From: an uncultured Eubacteriales bacterium
Lineage (GTDB): Bacteria; Bacillota; Clostridia; TANB77; CAG-508
Direction: 5' to 3'
NCBI GenBank assembly: GCA_902492015.1
Contig: CABUJR010000008.1
Coordinates: 33,509-97,508, forward strand
DNA length: 64,000 nt
The translations under genes were made by a program, and so were the position numbers. Shown in pieces: positions 52,655-64,000 of the stretch; position 1 is the first letter of the stretch, and each line of letters opens with the position of its first letter. The notes beneath the pieces were generated by a model. The model saw nothing but the letters and a program-made list of their open reading frames with translations, did no database searches and was not told the origin of the DNA.

Positions 52655-53299
52655 ATGATATTGTTAAGAATATTTATATTAATATTTTCAACATATTTGA
52701 TTTATGACATTTTCAACGATTATGACAATCATGAAGTGGAAAAATTAATGATTAAATATGAAAAAGACTTTGATTATTCAAAATACACTAAAGATGAGAT
52801 AAGAAGAGCTTTAAAACACACTTTTATGAGAAGCATGAGAAGAGTAACAGCGAGAGAGTTTTTTAAAACTCCAAAAGAAGATAATTTAAGTAGAGAAATA
52901 TCTGTTATTGTGCCTGATGAGATAAAAAAAGAAAAAAGTGTAATTTCTACTCAAAGTGTTGATTGTAAAACCTATAGTGCCAGAACAGGAATGAAAGTTG
53001 AAAAAGTAACGATAAAAGGAAATAAATACCAAAATATCAAAAATTTTCAAGATATGAATAATGAAAACATATCTGATATTGATAATAGTAAAAATATGAG
53101 CAAAAAAGATATTCTTAACCATGAAGGAAATCCTATTAGTGATTTTGAAAGTATCAAAGAATTTAAGGAAAACTCACTAGATATTATAGATTATCATGAT
53201 AAAAATTATTCTGATGATAAAGATGATTCTGATCCAATAAAAACTGAAGAAAGTATTATAAAAAAATTATTTAAAAATAAAAAAAATAATTTAAATTAG
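52655..53299 (+). CDS. hypothetical membrane-anchored acidic protein
   Basis: N-terminal TM helix, then a low-complexity Asp/Asn/Lys-rich region. Confidence 0.3.
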   Translation: MILLRIFILIFSTYLIYDIFNDYDNHEVEKLMIKYEKDFDYSKYTKDEIRRALKHTFMRSMRRVTAREFFKTPKEDNLSREISVIVPDEIKKEKSVISTQSVDCKTYSARTGMKVEKVTIKGNKYQNIKNFQDMNNENISDIDNSKNMSKKDILNHEGNPISDFESIKEFKENSLDIIDYHDKNYSDDKDDSDPIKTEESIIKKLFKNKKNNLN

Positions 53300-53394
53300 T
53301 GATTATAATGATAGTTGTATTTATTATAAATTGTGTTATATTTTAACAAAAAGACATAAAAATTAATTCAAATTTTAGTATAAGGAGAAACTTA

Positions 53395-54099
53395 ATGTCG
53401 ATATATGTAATTGGAGATTTACATTTATCTTTTTCAGTAGATAAACCAATGGATATATTTGGAAATAATTGGGAAAATCATGCTGAAAAAATAAGAAATA
53501 ATTGGATAAGTAAAGTAACTGAAAATGATACAGTAATTTTACCAGGAGATTTTTCTTGGGCTACATATTTAGAAGATAGTTATAAAGATTTTGAATTTTT
53601 AAATTCTTTGCCAGGAAAGAAAATTTTATCAAAAGGAAATCATGATTATTGGTGGACAACAGTTACAAGCATGAAAAAATTTTTGAGAAAAAATAATTTT
53701 CAAAATATAGATTTCTTATTTAACAATTCTTTTTTTATAGAAGATAAAATAATAACAGGAACAAGAGGTTGGATAAATACTTGGAAATCAGCTGAAAATT
53801 ATAAAATATTAAAAAGAGAAAATGATAGACTAAAACTTTCAATAGAGAGTGGTATAAATGAATTTGGAAAAGATAAAGAAATAATTTCTTTTATACATTA
53901 TCCACCTTTTTATAAAGAACAAATGATACCAGAAGAAATTGATTTTATAAAAACATTGAGAAATTATGGTGTAAAAAAATGCTATTATGCACATTTACAT
54001 TCAGAATCACATAAAGAAGCTTTTGAAGGAATAAAAGATGAAATTAGTTTTAAATTAGTAAGTTCAGATTATTTGAAATTTGATTTATTAGAAATTTAG
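53395..54099 (+). CDS. calcineurin-like metallophosphoesterase
   Basis: GDLH ... GDF ... GNHDYWW metal-binding motifs. Confidence 0.65.
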   Translation: MSIYVIGDLHLSFSVDKPMDIFGNNWENHAEKIRNNWISKVTENDTVILPGDFSWATYLEDSYKDFEFLNSLPGKKILSKGNHDYWWTTVTSMKKFLRKNNFQNIDFLFNNSFFIEDKIITGTRGWINTWKSAENYKILKRENDRLKLSIESGINEFGKDKEIISFIHYPPFYKEQMIPEEIDFIKTLRNYGVKKCYYAHLHSESHKEAFEGIKDEISFKLVSSDYLKFDLLEI

Positions 54100-54191
54100 G
54101 ATTATAAATTATAATTTATAATTTAGTAATCTATTAGAATTATAATATAATGAATAAAAATATATTAAATAATTTTATATGAGGAGAAAAT

Positions 54192-56006
54192 ATGCAAGAT
54201 AAACAAAAAAATATAAGAAATTTTAGTATAATTGCACATATAGATCATGGAAAATCTACATTAGCAGATAGAATTATTGAGATGACTGGTGCTTTATCAC
54301 AAAGAGAAATGGAATCTCAAGTTCTAGATAATATGGATATAGAAAAAGAAAGAGGAATAACAATAAAATCTCAAGCAGTAAAAATGAATTATATTGCAAA
54401 AGATGGGCAAAATTATGAATTTAATTTAATAGATACACCAGGACATGTAGATTTTAATTATGAAGTTTCAAGAAGTTTAGCAGCTTGTGAAGGGGCAATT
54501 TTAGTTGTTGATAGTACACAAGGAGTTGAAGCTCAAACACTTGCTAATGTGTATTTAGCATTGGAAGATAACCTAGAAATTTTACCTGTTATAAATAAAG
54601 TAGATTTACCTAATGCAAGACCAGATGAAGTAAAAAAAGAAATAGAGGATATTATTGGTATTCCTGCAATGGATGCTCCTTGTATTTCTGCAAAAACAGG
54701 ATTAAATGTAGAAGAAGTTTTAGAAAGAATAGTAACAGATATACCAGCTCCAAGTGGAGATAAGAATAAAGAACTTCAGGCGCTTATTTTTGACTCATAT
54801 TATGATAATTATAAAGGTGCATTAAGTTATGTAAGAATAAAAAATGGAACTGTAAAAGCAAATGATGAGATTTTATTTATGGCAACTGGAAAAGTTTTTA
54901 CAGTTACAGAAGTTGGATATTTTGGTGCTGGAAGTTATGTTCCAGCAGATAAACTAGAAGCAGGTGAAGTTGGTTATATTGCAGCTAGTGTAAAAACTGT
55001 ATCAGATCTTCATGTTGGAGATACAATTACATTAAAAGCAAAACCTGCAAAAGAGCCATTACCAGGATATAAAAAAGCAAATTCTATGGTCTATTGTGGA
55101 ATGTATCCAATGGATGGTAGTGAATATGAACCATTAAAAGATGCTTTAGAAAAATTGAAATTAAATGATGCGGCATTAAATTATGAACCTGAAACATCAG
55201 CTGCTTTAGGTTTTGGATTTAGATGTGGATTTTTAGGATTACTTCATTTAGAAATAGTAATTGAAAGATTAGAAAGAGAATTTGATATAGGATTAATTAC
55301 AACAGCACCATCAGTTATTTATCAAGTTCATAAAACAACAGGAGAAGTATTAGAACTTTATAATCCAACAGAACTTCCACCACAAACAGAAATAAGTTTT
55401 ATGGAAGAACCTATTATGAAAGCTGAAATAATGATACCAAAAGAATTTGTTGGTAATGTTATGAAAGTTTGTCAAGAAAGAAGAGGAGTTTATCTAGACA
55501 TGAAATATTTAGATGAAAACAGAGTAACTCTTGAATATGAACTTCCATTAAATGAAATTATATATGATTTTTTCGATACAATAAAATCAAAAACAAAAGG
55601 TTATGCGTCAGTTGATTATGAATTTAAAGAATATAGAAGAGCAGATTTAGTAAAATTGGATTTGCATATAAATAATGAACCTGTTGATGCATTATCCTTT
55701 ATAGTTCATAAAGATTCAGCTTATGAAAGAGGTAGAAAAATGGCTGAAAAATTAAAAAAAGTTATTCCAAGACAATTATTTGAAATACCAATTCAAGCAG
55801 TTGTTGGTGGAAAAATAATTGCAAGAGAAACTCTATCAGCAATGAGAAAAGATGTACTAGCAAAATGTTATGGTGGAGATATAACAAGAAAGAAAAAATT
55901 ATTAGAGAAGCAGAAAAAAGGTAAAAAGAAAATGCGCCAAATAGGAAATGTGGAAGTACCACAAGAAGCATTTTTAGCAGTTTTAAAATTAGATGATGAA
56001 GAATAG
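54192..56006 (+). CDS. lepA: elongation factor 4 (LepA)
   Basis: GTPase G1-G4 ([18 protein letters not shown]), LepA-specific C-terminal domain; 604 aa. Confidence 0.95.
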   Translation: MQDKQKNIRNFSIIAHIDHGKSTLADRIIEMTGALSQREMESQVLDNMDIEKERGITIKSQAVKMNYIAKDGQNYEFNLIDTPGHVDFNYEVSRSLAACEGAILVVDSTQGVEAQTLANVYLALEDNLEILPVINKVDLPNARPDEVKKEIEDIIGIPAMDAPCISAKTGLNVEEVLERIVTDIPAPSGDKNKELQALIFDSYYDNYKGALSYVRIKNGTVKANDEILFMATGKVFTVTEVGYFGAGSYVPADKLEAGEVGYIAASVKTVSDLHVGDTITLKAKPAKEPLPGYKKANSMVYCGMYPMDGSEYEPLKDALEKLKLNDAALNYEPETSAALGFGFRCGFLGLLHLEIVIERLEREFDIGLITTAPSVIYQVHKTTGEVLELYNPTELPPQTEISFMEEPIMKAEIMIPKEFVGNVMKVCQERRGVYLDMKYLDENRVTLEYELPLNEIIYDFFDTIKSKTKGYASVDYEFKEYRRADLVKLDLHINNEPVDALSFIVHKDSAYERGRKMAEKLKKVIPRQLFEIPIQAVVGGKIIARETLSAMRKDVLAKCYGGDITRKKKLLEKQKKGKKKMRQIGNVEVPQEAFLAVLKLDDEE

Positions 56007-56022
56007 AAAGAGGAATTTAGTA

Positions 56023-56916
56023 ATGAGAGAAAGTTATAGAGATAAACAAAATAGAAAAGCAAGAATTGCAAGAGAAAAAAGTGAAAATTTTAATAATAGA
56101 AATAAAAAGAAAAAAAATTATAGAGAAAATTATAAAGAACAAAAAAATATAGAAGATAGAAATATGGAAAATAAAAATGGTGAAACAGAATATGAAGATA
56201 TTGTTGCAGGAAGAAATGCAGTTCTAGAACTATTAAAATCTGATAAGGATATAAATAAACTTTTTATAGAAAAAGGTGAAAAACATGGTTCTATAAATGA
56301 AATAATTGCAAAAGCAAAAGAAAATAAGATTGTTATTGTAGAAGTTGATAAAAATAAATTAGATCAGATGGCTGAGAATAATCAAGGCGTTATAGCAATA
56401 GTTCCACCATTTAATTATTGTGAAGTAGAAGATATTATAAAAAGTGCGAAAGAAAAAAATGAAGATCCATTTGTATTAATTTTAGATGGTATAGAAGATC
56501 CTCACAATTTAGGTTCAATTATAAGAACAGCAGAAACAGCGGGAGTTCATGGAATAATAATTCCAAAAAGAAGAAGTGTAGCTGTAAATAGTACAGTTGT
56601 AAAAGTTTCAACAGGTGCTACAGCTTACGTAAAAATTGCTAGAGTAAATAATATAAATGATACTATAAGGAAATTAAAAAATGAAGGTCTTTGGATAATT
56701 GGAACGGATGGAGATGCAAATACTGTATATTATAATCAAGATTTGAAAGGACCTATTGCAATAATAATAGGAAGTGAAGGAGCAGGAATGAATAGACTTG
56801 TTAAAGAAAACGCAGATATTTTAGTAAAAATTCCAATGAAAGGCAATATCACTTCATTAAATGCTTCAGTATCAGCTGGAATTGTTATATATGAAGCTGT
56901 AAAACAAAGAGGATAG
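56023..56916 (+). CDS. rlmB: SpoU/TrmH-family rRNA 2'-O-methyltransferase (RlmB-like) with Lys/Arg-rich N-terminal tail
   Basis: SPOUT motifs IIGSEGAGM and ITSLNASVSAGIVIYE; start taken at MRESYRD with AGAGGAA RBS (the ORF-track start overlaps lepA). Confidence 0.7.
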   Translation: MRESYRDKQNRKARIAREKSENFNNRNKKKKNYRENYKEQKNIEDRNMENKNGETEYEDIVAGRNAVLELLKSDKDINKLFIEKGEKHGSINEIIAKAKENKIVIVEVDKNKLDQMAENNQGVIAIVPPFNYCEVEDIIKSAKEKNEDPFVLILDGIEDPHNLGSIIRTAETAGVHGIIIPKRRSVAVNSTVVKVSTGATAYVKIARVNNINDTIRKLKNEGLWIIGTDGDANTVYYNQDLKGPIAIIIGSEGAGMNRLVKENADILVKIPMKGNITSLNASVSAGIVIYEAVKQRG

Positions 56917-57065
56917 AGATTTCTAATTTAAGATATAAAATTTGTTTTTAAAATATTATATTTTATACTATATGAAGTAAATTATATAATAATTATATAA
57001 AAAAAGAGAAGTTTTACTATGTTAAAATTAGTAAAACTTCTTTTTAATTAGAGAAAATAAAATTT

Positions 57066-58031
57066 TTAGATTGTATCATATACAATTTTAAAACAATTAA
57101 ATTTGTCTAAAGTATTATCATCCAAACAACTTAAATATATATATAATTCATCAACATTTCTACATGCTGTGATTATTGCTGGATTTAGATTTGAATTAAA
57201 GAATACTTCATTAGCTAGTGATAAAGCTTTTATAAAAGATAATTTAGATTTTTTTCTTGCTAAATAAAAAGCTTCTTTAAATCTAGATATAGCAGCATGT
57301 TTATAATACTTTAAAGGTAATGTATATTCTTTATCAACAATATCTTGGATAGAAGAATATTTCTCTGGATGATCTGAAAAAAATATTTCTAATTCTACAG
57401 TAGAATATGGAAGTACTACATTTTTATTTTTTTCAGATACAAGTAAAACATTTTCATTAAGATTTAAATCTTTATTTAAATTACTATTTTGAGGTAATTT
57501 ATTAACATCGGGTTTATTTTCAGTTTCGTCTGATTTTTTTTCAGAAACAATATTTGAATTTAGAGTAACATCTGAAATATTTTTTATGTCCTCAGAACTG
57601 AAATCTGGGAATGTAACAGTCATATATTTTAATATAGATTCCATAAAAGTGTAGTAAAAAATATTATCTTCTGAAATTTTATTAAAAAGTGATTTAAAAT
57701 CTTTATTATATTTTTCAAAATATATAGGATCAAAAAAATCAAATTTCAATGAATCTAATAAATATTTTTTTAATGATTTGATTTTATCTATATTATCTTT
57801 TATATTTTCAAAATTTTTTTTGATAGTTTCAAGACAAGATATTAAAGAAGTTGTATCATGTGTATCTGTTGCATTAGAAAGTCCCTCTGAAAGTTTTTCT
57901 AAATATAAAAGTAGAGTCTTTTTTAACTGTCTTTGTTGATTTAAAATATCATTCAAAGTATCTAGTTCATCATTTATAATATTTTCATCTAATATAAATT
58001 TAGACCCAATCATAGTAATCTCCTTTACCAA
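57066..58031 (-). CDS. hypothetical protein
   Basis: 321 aa, no recognisable motif. Confidence 0.3.
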   Translation of the reverse strand: MVKEITMIGSKFILDENIINDELDTLNDILNQQRQLKKTLLLYLEKLSEGLSNATDTHDTTSLISCLETIKKNFENIKDNIDKIKSLKKYLLDSLKFDFFDPIYFEKYNKDFKSLFNKISEDNIFYYTFMESILKYMTVTFPDFSSEDIKNISDVTLNSNIVSEKKSDETENKPDVNKLPQNSNLNKDLNLNENVLLVSEKNKNVVLPYSTVELEIFFSDHPEKYSSIQDIVDKEYTLPLKYYKHAAISRFKEAFYLARKKSKLSFIKALSLANEVFFNSNLNPAIITACRNVDELYIYLSCLDDNTLDKFNCFKIVYDTI

Positions 58032-58316
58032 AACTTGTCAAAAAAATACCTTTTTAAACAAATAAATTATAACAAATAAAAAATTTTAAGTCAATAATTT
58101 CAAATTTAAGAAAAATATAAAAAATATTGTAAAAAAATGAATTTTACAGCTATTTTTTTAAAAAAATAAATTTTATGAAAATTACACTTGCAAAATAAAA
58201 AATAAGATGTTAAAATATTTATGTCTAAAGAAAATAAATCGAAACAGATTTAAAAAAAAAACCCTTTTTTTAAATCTGTTTTTTTTATTTTAGCAAATTA
58301 AATGGGGAGATTATAA

Positions 58317-59789
58317 ATGGAGATAGCATTTGATAATGAAAAATATTTAAGAATTCAAAAAGAAAAAATTGAAGAAAGAATTAAAATGTTTGATAACAAA
58401 TTATATCTAGAATTTGGTGGAAAAATTTTTGATGATTATAACGCAAGTAGAGTTCTTCCAGGATTTTCACCAGATGCAAAAATAAAATTGTTACAAGAGT
58501 TTAAAGAAAATTTAGAAATAATATTTTGTATAAATTCTAATAATATTCAAGAAAATAAAATAAGAGCAGATTATGGAATAAGTTATGATGTTGAACTTTT
58601 AAGATTAATAGAAAATATTTCTAAATTAGGTATTGAAATAAACAGTGTAGTAATTACCATGTATACAGGTAAACAGGAAGTTGAAAAGCTAAAACAAACT
58701 TTAGAAAATAAAAATATAAAAGTTTATTTACATACTCCTACAAAGGGCTATCCAGATGATGTTGAAACAATTGCAAGTGAAGAAGGATATGGAAAAAACC
58801 CGTATATAGAAACAACAAAAAAATTAGTAGTTGTTACTGCTCCAGGACCTAATAGTGGAAAACTTGGTACTTGTTTATCACAATTATATCATGAGCATAA
58901 AAGAGGAATAAAAGCAGGATATGCGAAATTTGAAACATTTCCAGTATGGGATTTACCACTTATGCATCCAGTAAATATTTCTTATGAAGCTGCAACAGCG
59001 GATTTAGGAGATATAAACATGATAGATTCTTTCCATTTAGAAGAATATAATGTAAAAGCAGTAAATTATAATAGAGATATTTCAGCATTTCCTATTTTAA
59101 AAAACATTTTAGAAAAAATTACTGGAACAAGTATATATAAATCTCCTACAGATATGGGAGTAAACATGATAAGTAAATGTATTATAAATGATGAAGTTGC
59201 ACAAAAAGCGGCTAAAATGGAAATAATAAGAAGATATTATTCAAGTCTTTGCGATTATAAAAAAGGAATAGGAACTAAAGAGGTTGTAGATACAATAAAA
59301 AAATTAATGAATAAAATAGGTATAACTATAGATAATAGAGAAATTGTAAAATATGCTTTAGAAAAATCTGAAAAAGAAAATACAAATGCTCTGGCTTTAA
59401 TGTTGGATAATGGAAAAGTAATAACAGGTAAAGAATCAAAGTTATTAAGTGCATCGAGTGCTTTGCTTTTAAATACAATAAAAGATATTTCTGGAATACC
59501 AGATGATGTTTATTTATTATCCCCAACTGTTTTAGAATCAATTCTAAAATTAAAACAAAAAACATCATATAAAAGAAATTATTCTTTAAGTTTACCAGAG
59601 GTATTAATTGCACTTAGTATTTGTTCACAAACAAATCCGATTATATCAAAAACACTTGAAGCTATAGATAAATTAAGAAATCTAGAAGCACATAGTTCAT
59701 ATATTATATCAACATCAGAAATGCAAGTTTTAAAAAGTTTAGGAATAAATCTAACATGTGAACCAAAACTTTTAGGTTATGAAGAATAA
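58317..59789 (+). CDS. UPF0371/DUF1846-family protein
   Basis: About 490-aa Firmicutes-conserved family pattern (LYLEFGGKIFDDYNASRVLPGF); function unknown. Confidence 0.4.
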   Translation: MEIAFDNEKYLRIQKEKIEERIKMFDNKLYLEFGGKIFDDYNASRVLPGFSPDAKIKLLQEFKENLEIIFCINSNNIQENKIRADYGISYDVELLRLIENISKLGIEINSVVITMYTGKQEVEKLKQTLENKNIKVYLHTPTKGYPDDVETIASEEGYGKNPYIETTKKLVVVTAPGPNSGKLGTCLSQLYHEHKRGIKAGYAKFETFPVWDLPLMHPVNISYEAATADLGDINMIDSFHLEEYNVKAVNYNRDISAFPILKNILEKITGTSIYKSPTDMGVNMISKCIINDEVAQKAAKMEIIRRYYSSLCDYKKGIGTKEVVDTIKKLMNKIGITIDNREIVKYALEKSEKENTNALALMLDNGKVITGKESKLLSASSALLLNTIKDISGIPDDVYLLSPTVLESILKLKQKTSYKRNYSLSLPEVLIALSICSQTNPIISKTLEAIDKLRNLEAHSSYIISTSEMQVLKSLGINLTCEPKLLGYEE

Positions 59790-59814
59790 AAAATGAATTT
59801 AGAAAGGAGTTAAA

Positions 59815-61413
59815 ATGGGTACAAAATATATTTTTATAACAGGAGGAGTTGTATCAGGTCTTGGAAAAGGAATAACAGCATCCTCTTTAGGTAGATTATT
59901 AAAAAATAGAGGATATAAAGTAATAAATCAGAAATTTGATCCATACATAAATGTAGACCCAGGAACAATGAGCCCTTATGAACATGGAGAAGTTTTTGTA
60001 ACAGATGATGGGGCAGAAACAGATTTGGATTTAGGACATTATGAGAGATTTACAGATGTTAATTTAAATAAAAATTGCAGTGTAAGTTCTGGAAAAATAT
60101 ATCAAAATGTTATAAATAAAGAAAGAAGAGGAGATTATTTGGGTAAAACAGTTCAAGTAATACCTCATGTTACAAATGAAATAAAAGAAAATATATACAG
60201 TTTTGAAGGACAAGCAGATATTGTTATAACAGAACTTGGAGGAACAATAGGAGATATAGAAAGTTTAGCTTTTGTTGAAGCAATAAGACAAGTTGGATTA
60301 GAAAAAAATCCAGAAGATGTTGTATATGCACATGTAACTTTACTTCCATATATAACAGGTTCAAATGAATTAAAATCAAAACCAACTCAACATTCTGTAA
60401 AAGAATTACAATCTTTTGGTATAAAACCAGATATTTTAGTATGTAGATCAGAAATAGATATACCAGCAGAAATTAGAGAAAAATTAGCTCTTTTCTGTAA
60501 TGTAAGACCAGAAAATGTTATTCCAAATCTTACTGCAGAGAACTTATATGCTGTACCAATTATGTTAGAAAAACAAGGCCTTGCAAAAGCTGTATGTAAA
60601 AAATTAAATTTAGATAAAATAGAACCTAAAAATGAAGAATGGGAAAAATTAATCGAAACTATTAGAAACCTAAAAGGTGAAGTTAATGTTGCTTTAGTAG
60701 GAAAATATATGCAACTTCAAGATTCATATCTATCAGTAGCAGAAAGCTTAAGACATGGAGGTTTTGCTAATGGTGTAAAAGTAAATGTTGGATTCATAGA
60801 TTCAGAAAAAATTACTGAAGATACTGCAAAAGATGTCTTAAAAGATTATGATGGAATTTTAGTTCCAGGAGGTTTTGGTAATAGAGGAATAGAAGGAAAA
60901 ATTACAGCTATAAAATATGCTAGAGAAAATAATATACCATTTTTAGGTATTTGTTTAGGAATGCAAATGGCTGTTGTTGAATTCGCAAGAAATGTACTTG
61001 GAATTGAAGATGCAAATTCAGCGGAATTTAGCAAAACAACAAAAAATCCAGTAATACATATAATGGAAGATCAAAAAAATATTACTGAAAAAGGTGGAAC
61101 AATGAGGCTTGGTTCATATCCTTGTACTATAAAAAAAGACACATTAGCATATAAAATTTATGAAAAAGAAAATATAAACGAAAGACACAGACATAGGTTT
61201 GAATATAATAATGATTATAAGGAAAGACTAGAAAAAGCAGGATTAATTGCATCAGGAACATCACCTGATGGTAGATTAGTGGAAATGGTTGAAAATATTA
61301 ACCACCCATTTTTTATAGCTGGTCAATTTCATCCAGAGTTTAAATCAAGACCAGATAGACCAGCACCACTTTTTAAAGCTTTTATAGAAGCTATAAAGGA
61401 AAATAAAAAATAA
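59815..61413 (+). CDS. pyrG: CTP synthase
   Basis: N-terminal synthetase domain ([17 protein letters not shown]), C-terminal class I glutamine amidotransferase with GICLGMQ catalytic Cys; 532 aa. Confidence 0.95.
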   Translation: MGTKYIFITGGVVSGLGKGITASSLGRLLKNRGYKVINQKFDPYINVDPGTMSPYEHGEVFVTDDGAETDLDLGHYERFTDVNLNKNCSVSSGKIYQNVINKERRGDYLGKTVQVIPHVTNEIKENIYSFEGQADIVITELGGTIGDIESLAFVEAIRQVGLEKNPEDVVYAHVTLLPYITGSNELKSKPTQHSVKELQSFGIKPDILVCRSEIDIPAEIREKLALFCNVRPENVIPNLTAENLYAVPIMLEKQGLAKAVCKKLNLDKIEPKNEEWEKLIETIRNLKGEVNVALVGKYMQLQDSYLSVAESLRHGGFANGVKVNVGFIDSEKITEDTAKDVLKDYDGILVPGGFGNRGIEGKITAIKYARENNIPFLGICLGMQMAVVEFARNVLGIEDANSAEFSKTTKNPVIHIMEDQKNITEKGGTMRLGSYPCTIKKDTLAYKIYEKENINERHRHRFEYNNDYKERLEKAGLIASGTSPDGRLVEMVENINHPFFIAGQFHPEFKSRPDRPAPLFKAFIEAIKENKK

Positions 61414-61470
61414 TTGATATATTTGATTATTAATATTTACCCCAAATAATATAAACTAAAGGAGCTTGAT

Positions 61471-62187
61471 ATGAAAAAACTTTTAAATTTTTCTAATGAT
61501 AGTAAAAATTTAAAATTAATAAAATGTGAAAATTTAAGTAATGATTTGCTTTTTGTAAAATACGATGTTTCAGAAAATGATTTAGTAGAAGTAAATGATA
61601 ATCAAAATATAATACTAGTAGAAAAAGGAAAAGTTATAGATTTAAAAGAAGAAAAAGGAATATATGAAATAAAAGAGATCCAAGAAGAAGCGAATGAGAT
61701 TTTTGAAGGATTAGTTATTCAAAAAGCTGAAAATGAAAGTTTGTGTGTGATTTTTTTAAATAGATCAGAAATAATACACAATAAGTATATTATAGATAAT
61801 CCAATAAGATATGTTGATTGGAAAAATGGAATGAGTTCTGAAATCTATATAAAACTTGAAGGGTTTTATGATTTTAGAATAGAAGATATACTTAAATTTC
61901 TAAGCAAAGTTATAGGACTTAGAAATCACTTTTCTAAACAGGAACTTATCGAAAAAATAAGAAAATATATCATTAGTTCAATAGAAAAAGGAATAAATGA
62001 AGTATCAGAAGAATATAAATTAAATATAGATACTCTAGTAGAAAAATCAAAAGAGCTAGAAGTAAAATTAAAACAAAATGAATATGATGTAAAATTACTA
62101 GAATATGGTATAAAATTATTATATTTTGATGTTACAGATTTTGAAGTAAGCAAAAAAAAGTTTAAATTTTTTAAAAATAACTCTTGA
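61471..62187 (+). CDS. hypothetical protein
   Basis: 238 aa, charged, no motif. Confidence 0.3.
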   Translation: MKKLLNFSNDSKNLKLIKCENLSNDLLFVKYDVSENDLVEVNDNQNIILVEKGKVIDLKEEKGIYEIKEIQEEANEIFEGLVIQKAENESLCVIFLNRSEIIHNKYIIDNPIRYVDWKNGMSSEIYIKLEGFYDFRIEDILKFLSKVIGLRNHFSKQELIEKIRKYIISSIEKGINEVSEEYKLNIDTLVEKSKELEVKLKQNEYDVKLLEYGIKLLYFDVTDFEVSKKKFKFFKNNS

Positions 62188-62213
62188 CATTTTATATAAT
62201 AGGGTATAAATTA

Positions 62214-62240
62214 TTAGCAGTCGATAATAACGATTGCTAA
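62214..62240 (+). promoter_or_regulatory. CIRCE-like inverted repeat (TTAGCAGTC-N9-GATTGCTAA) in the groES promoter region
   Basis: One mismatch per arm versus consensus TTAGCACTC-N9-GAGTGCTAA; TTGACA at 62184 upstream. Confidence 0.5.
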
Positions 62241-62274
62241 TTTTTAGTTATTATAATATAAAATTAATGTATAA

Positions 62275-62571
<297 letters not shown>

Positions 62572-62594
62572 TTTTAGTAGAGTAATTTAGATAG

Positions 62595-64000
<1,406 letters not shown>

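Overview
AT-rich (about 26-28% GC) Firmicutes/Clostridia-type chromosome segment, mostly housekeeping genes. Recognisable genes include trpS (3' end), obg, lexA, folC with a dedicated ECF folate-type importer, mutS2, a cluster of four tRNA genes, mgtE, a two-component system upstream of clpC, a class V cysteine desulfurase (nifS/iscS-type), SPFH/NfeD, mltG, aspS behind a T-box leader, lysS, tsaD, lepA, pyrG and groES/groEL. The main accessory feature is an ~8.7 kb integrative mobilizable element at 14261-22962. It is inserted at the 3' end of a tRNA-Met(CAU) gene and bounded by a 20-bp imperfect direct repeat of that tRNA end. It carries a tyrosine integrase, an Xis-like gene, a MobV relaxase interrupted by one in-frame TAG, a candidate oriT, DUF3846-like and sigma-region-4-like proteins, and higher-GC cargo. 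The cargo comprises a secreted 151-aa protein, a standalone Spo0A_C-like DNA-binding protein, and an 850-bp ORF-free region full of long inverted repeats. A second locus of note is a polar-amino-acid ABC operon at 45172-48888. Its ATPase is fused in frame to a full-length Xaa-His dipeptidase (PepD) and its permease carries a single-base frameshift. Other observations: a TrpRS Cys motif resembling the [4Fe-4S] TrpRS of Thermotoga; a GH18-like gene truncated inside its catalytic-barrel motif just before mltG; a CIRCE-like operator upstream of groES; and a palindrome-rich lexA promoter. No CRISPR array, IS element or rRNA is present.
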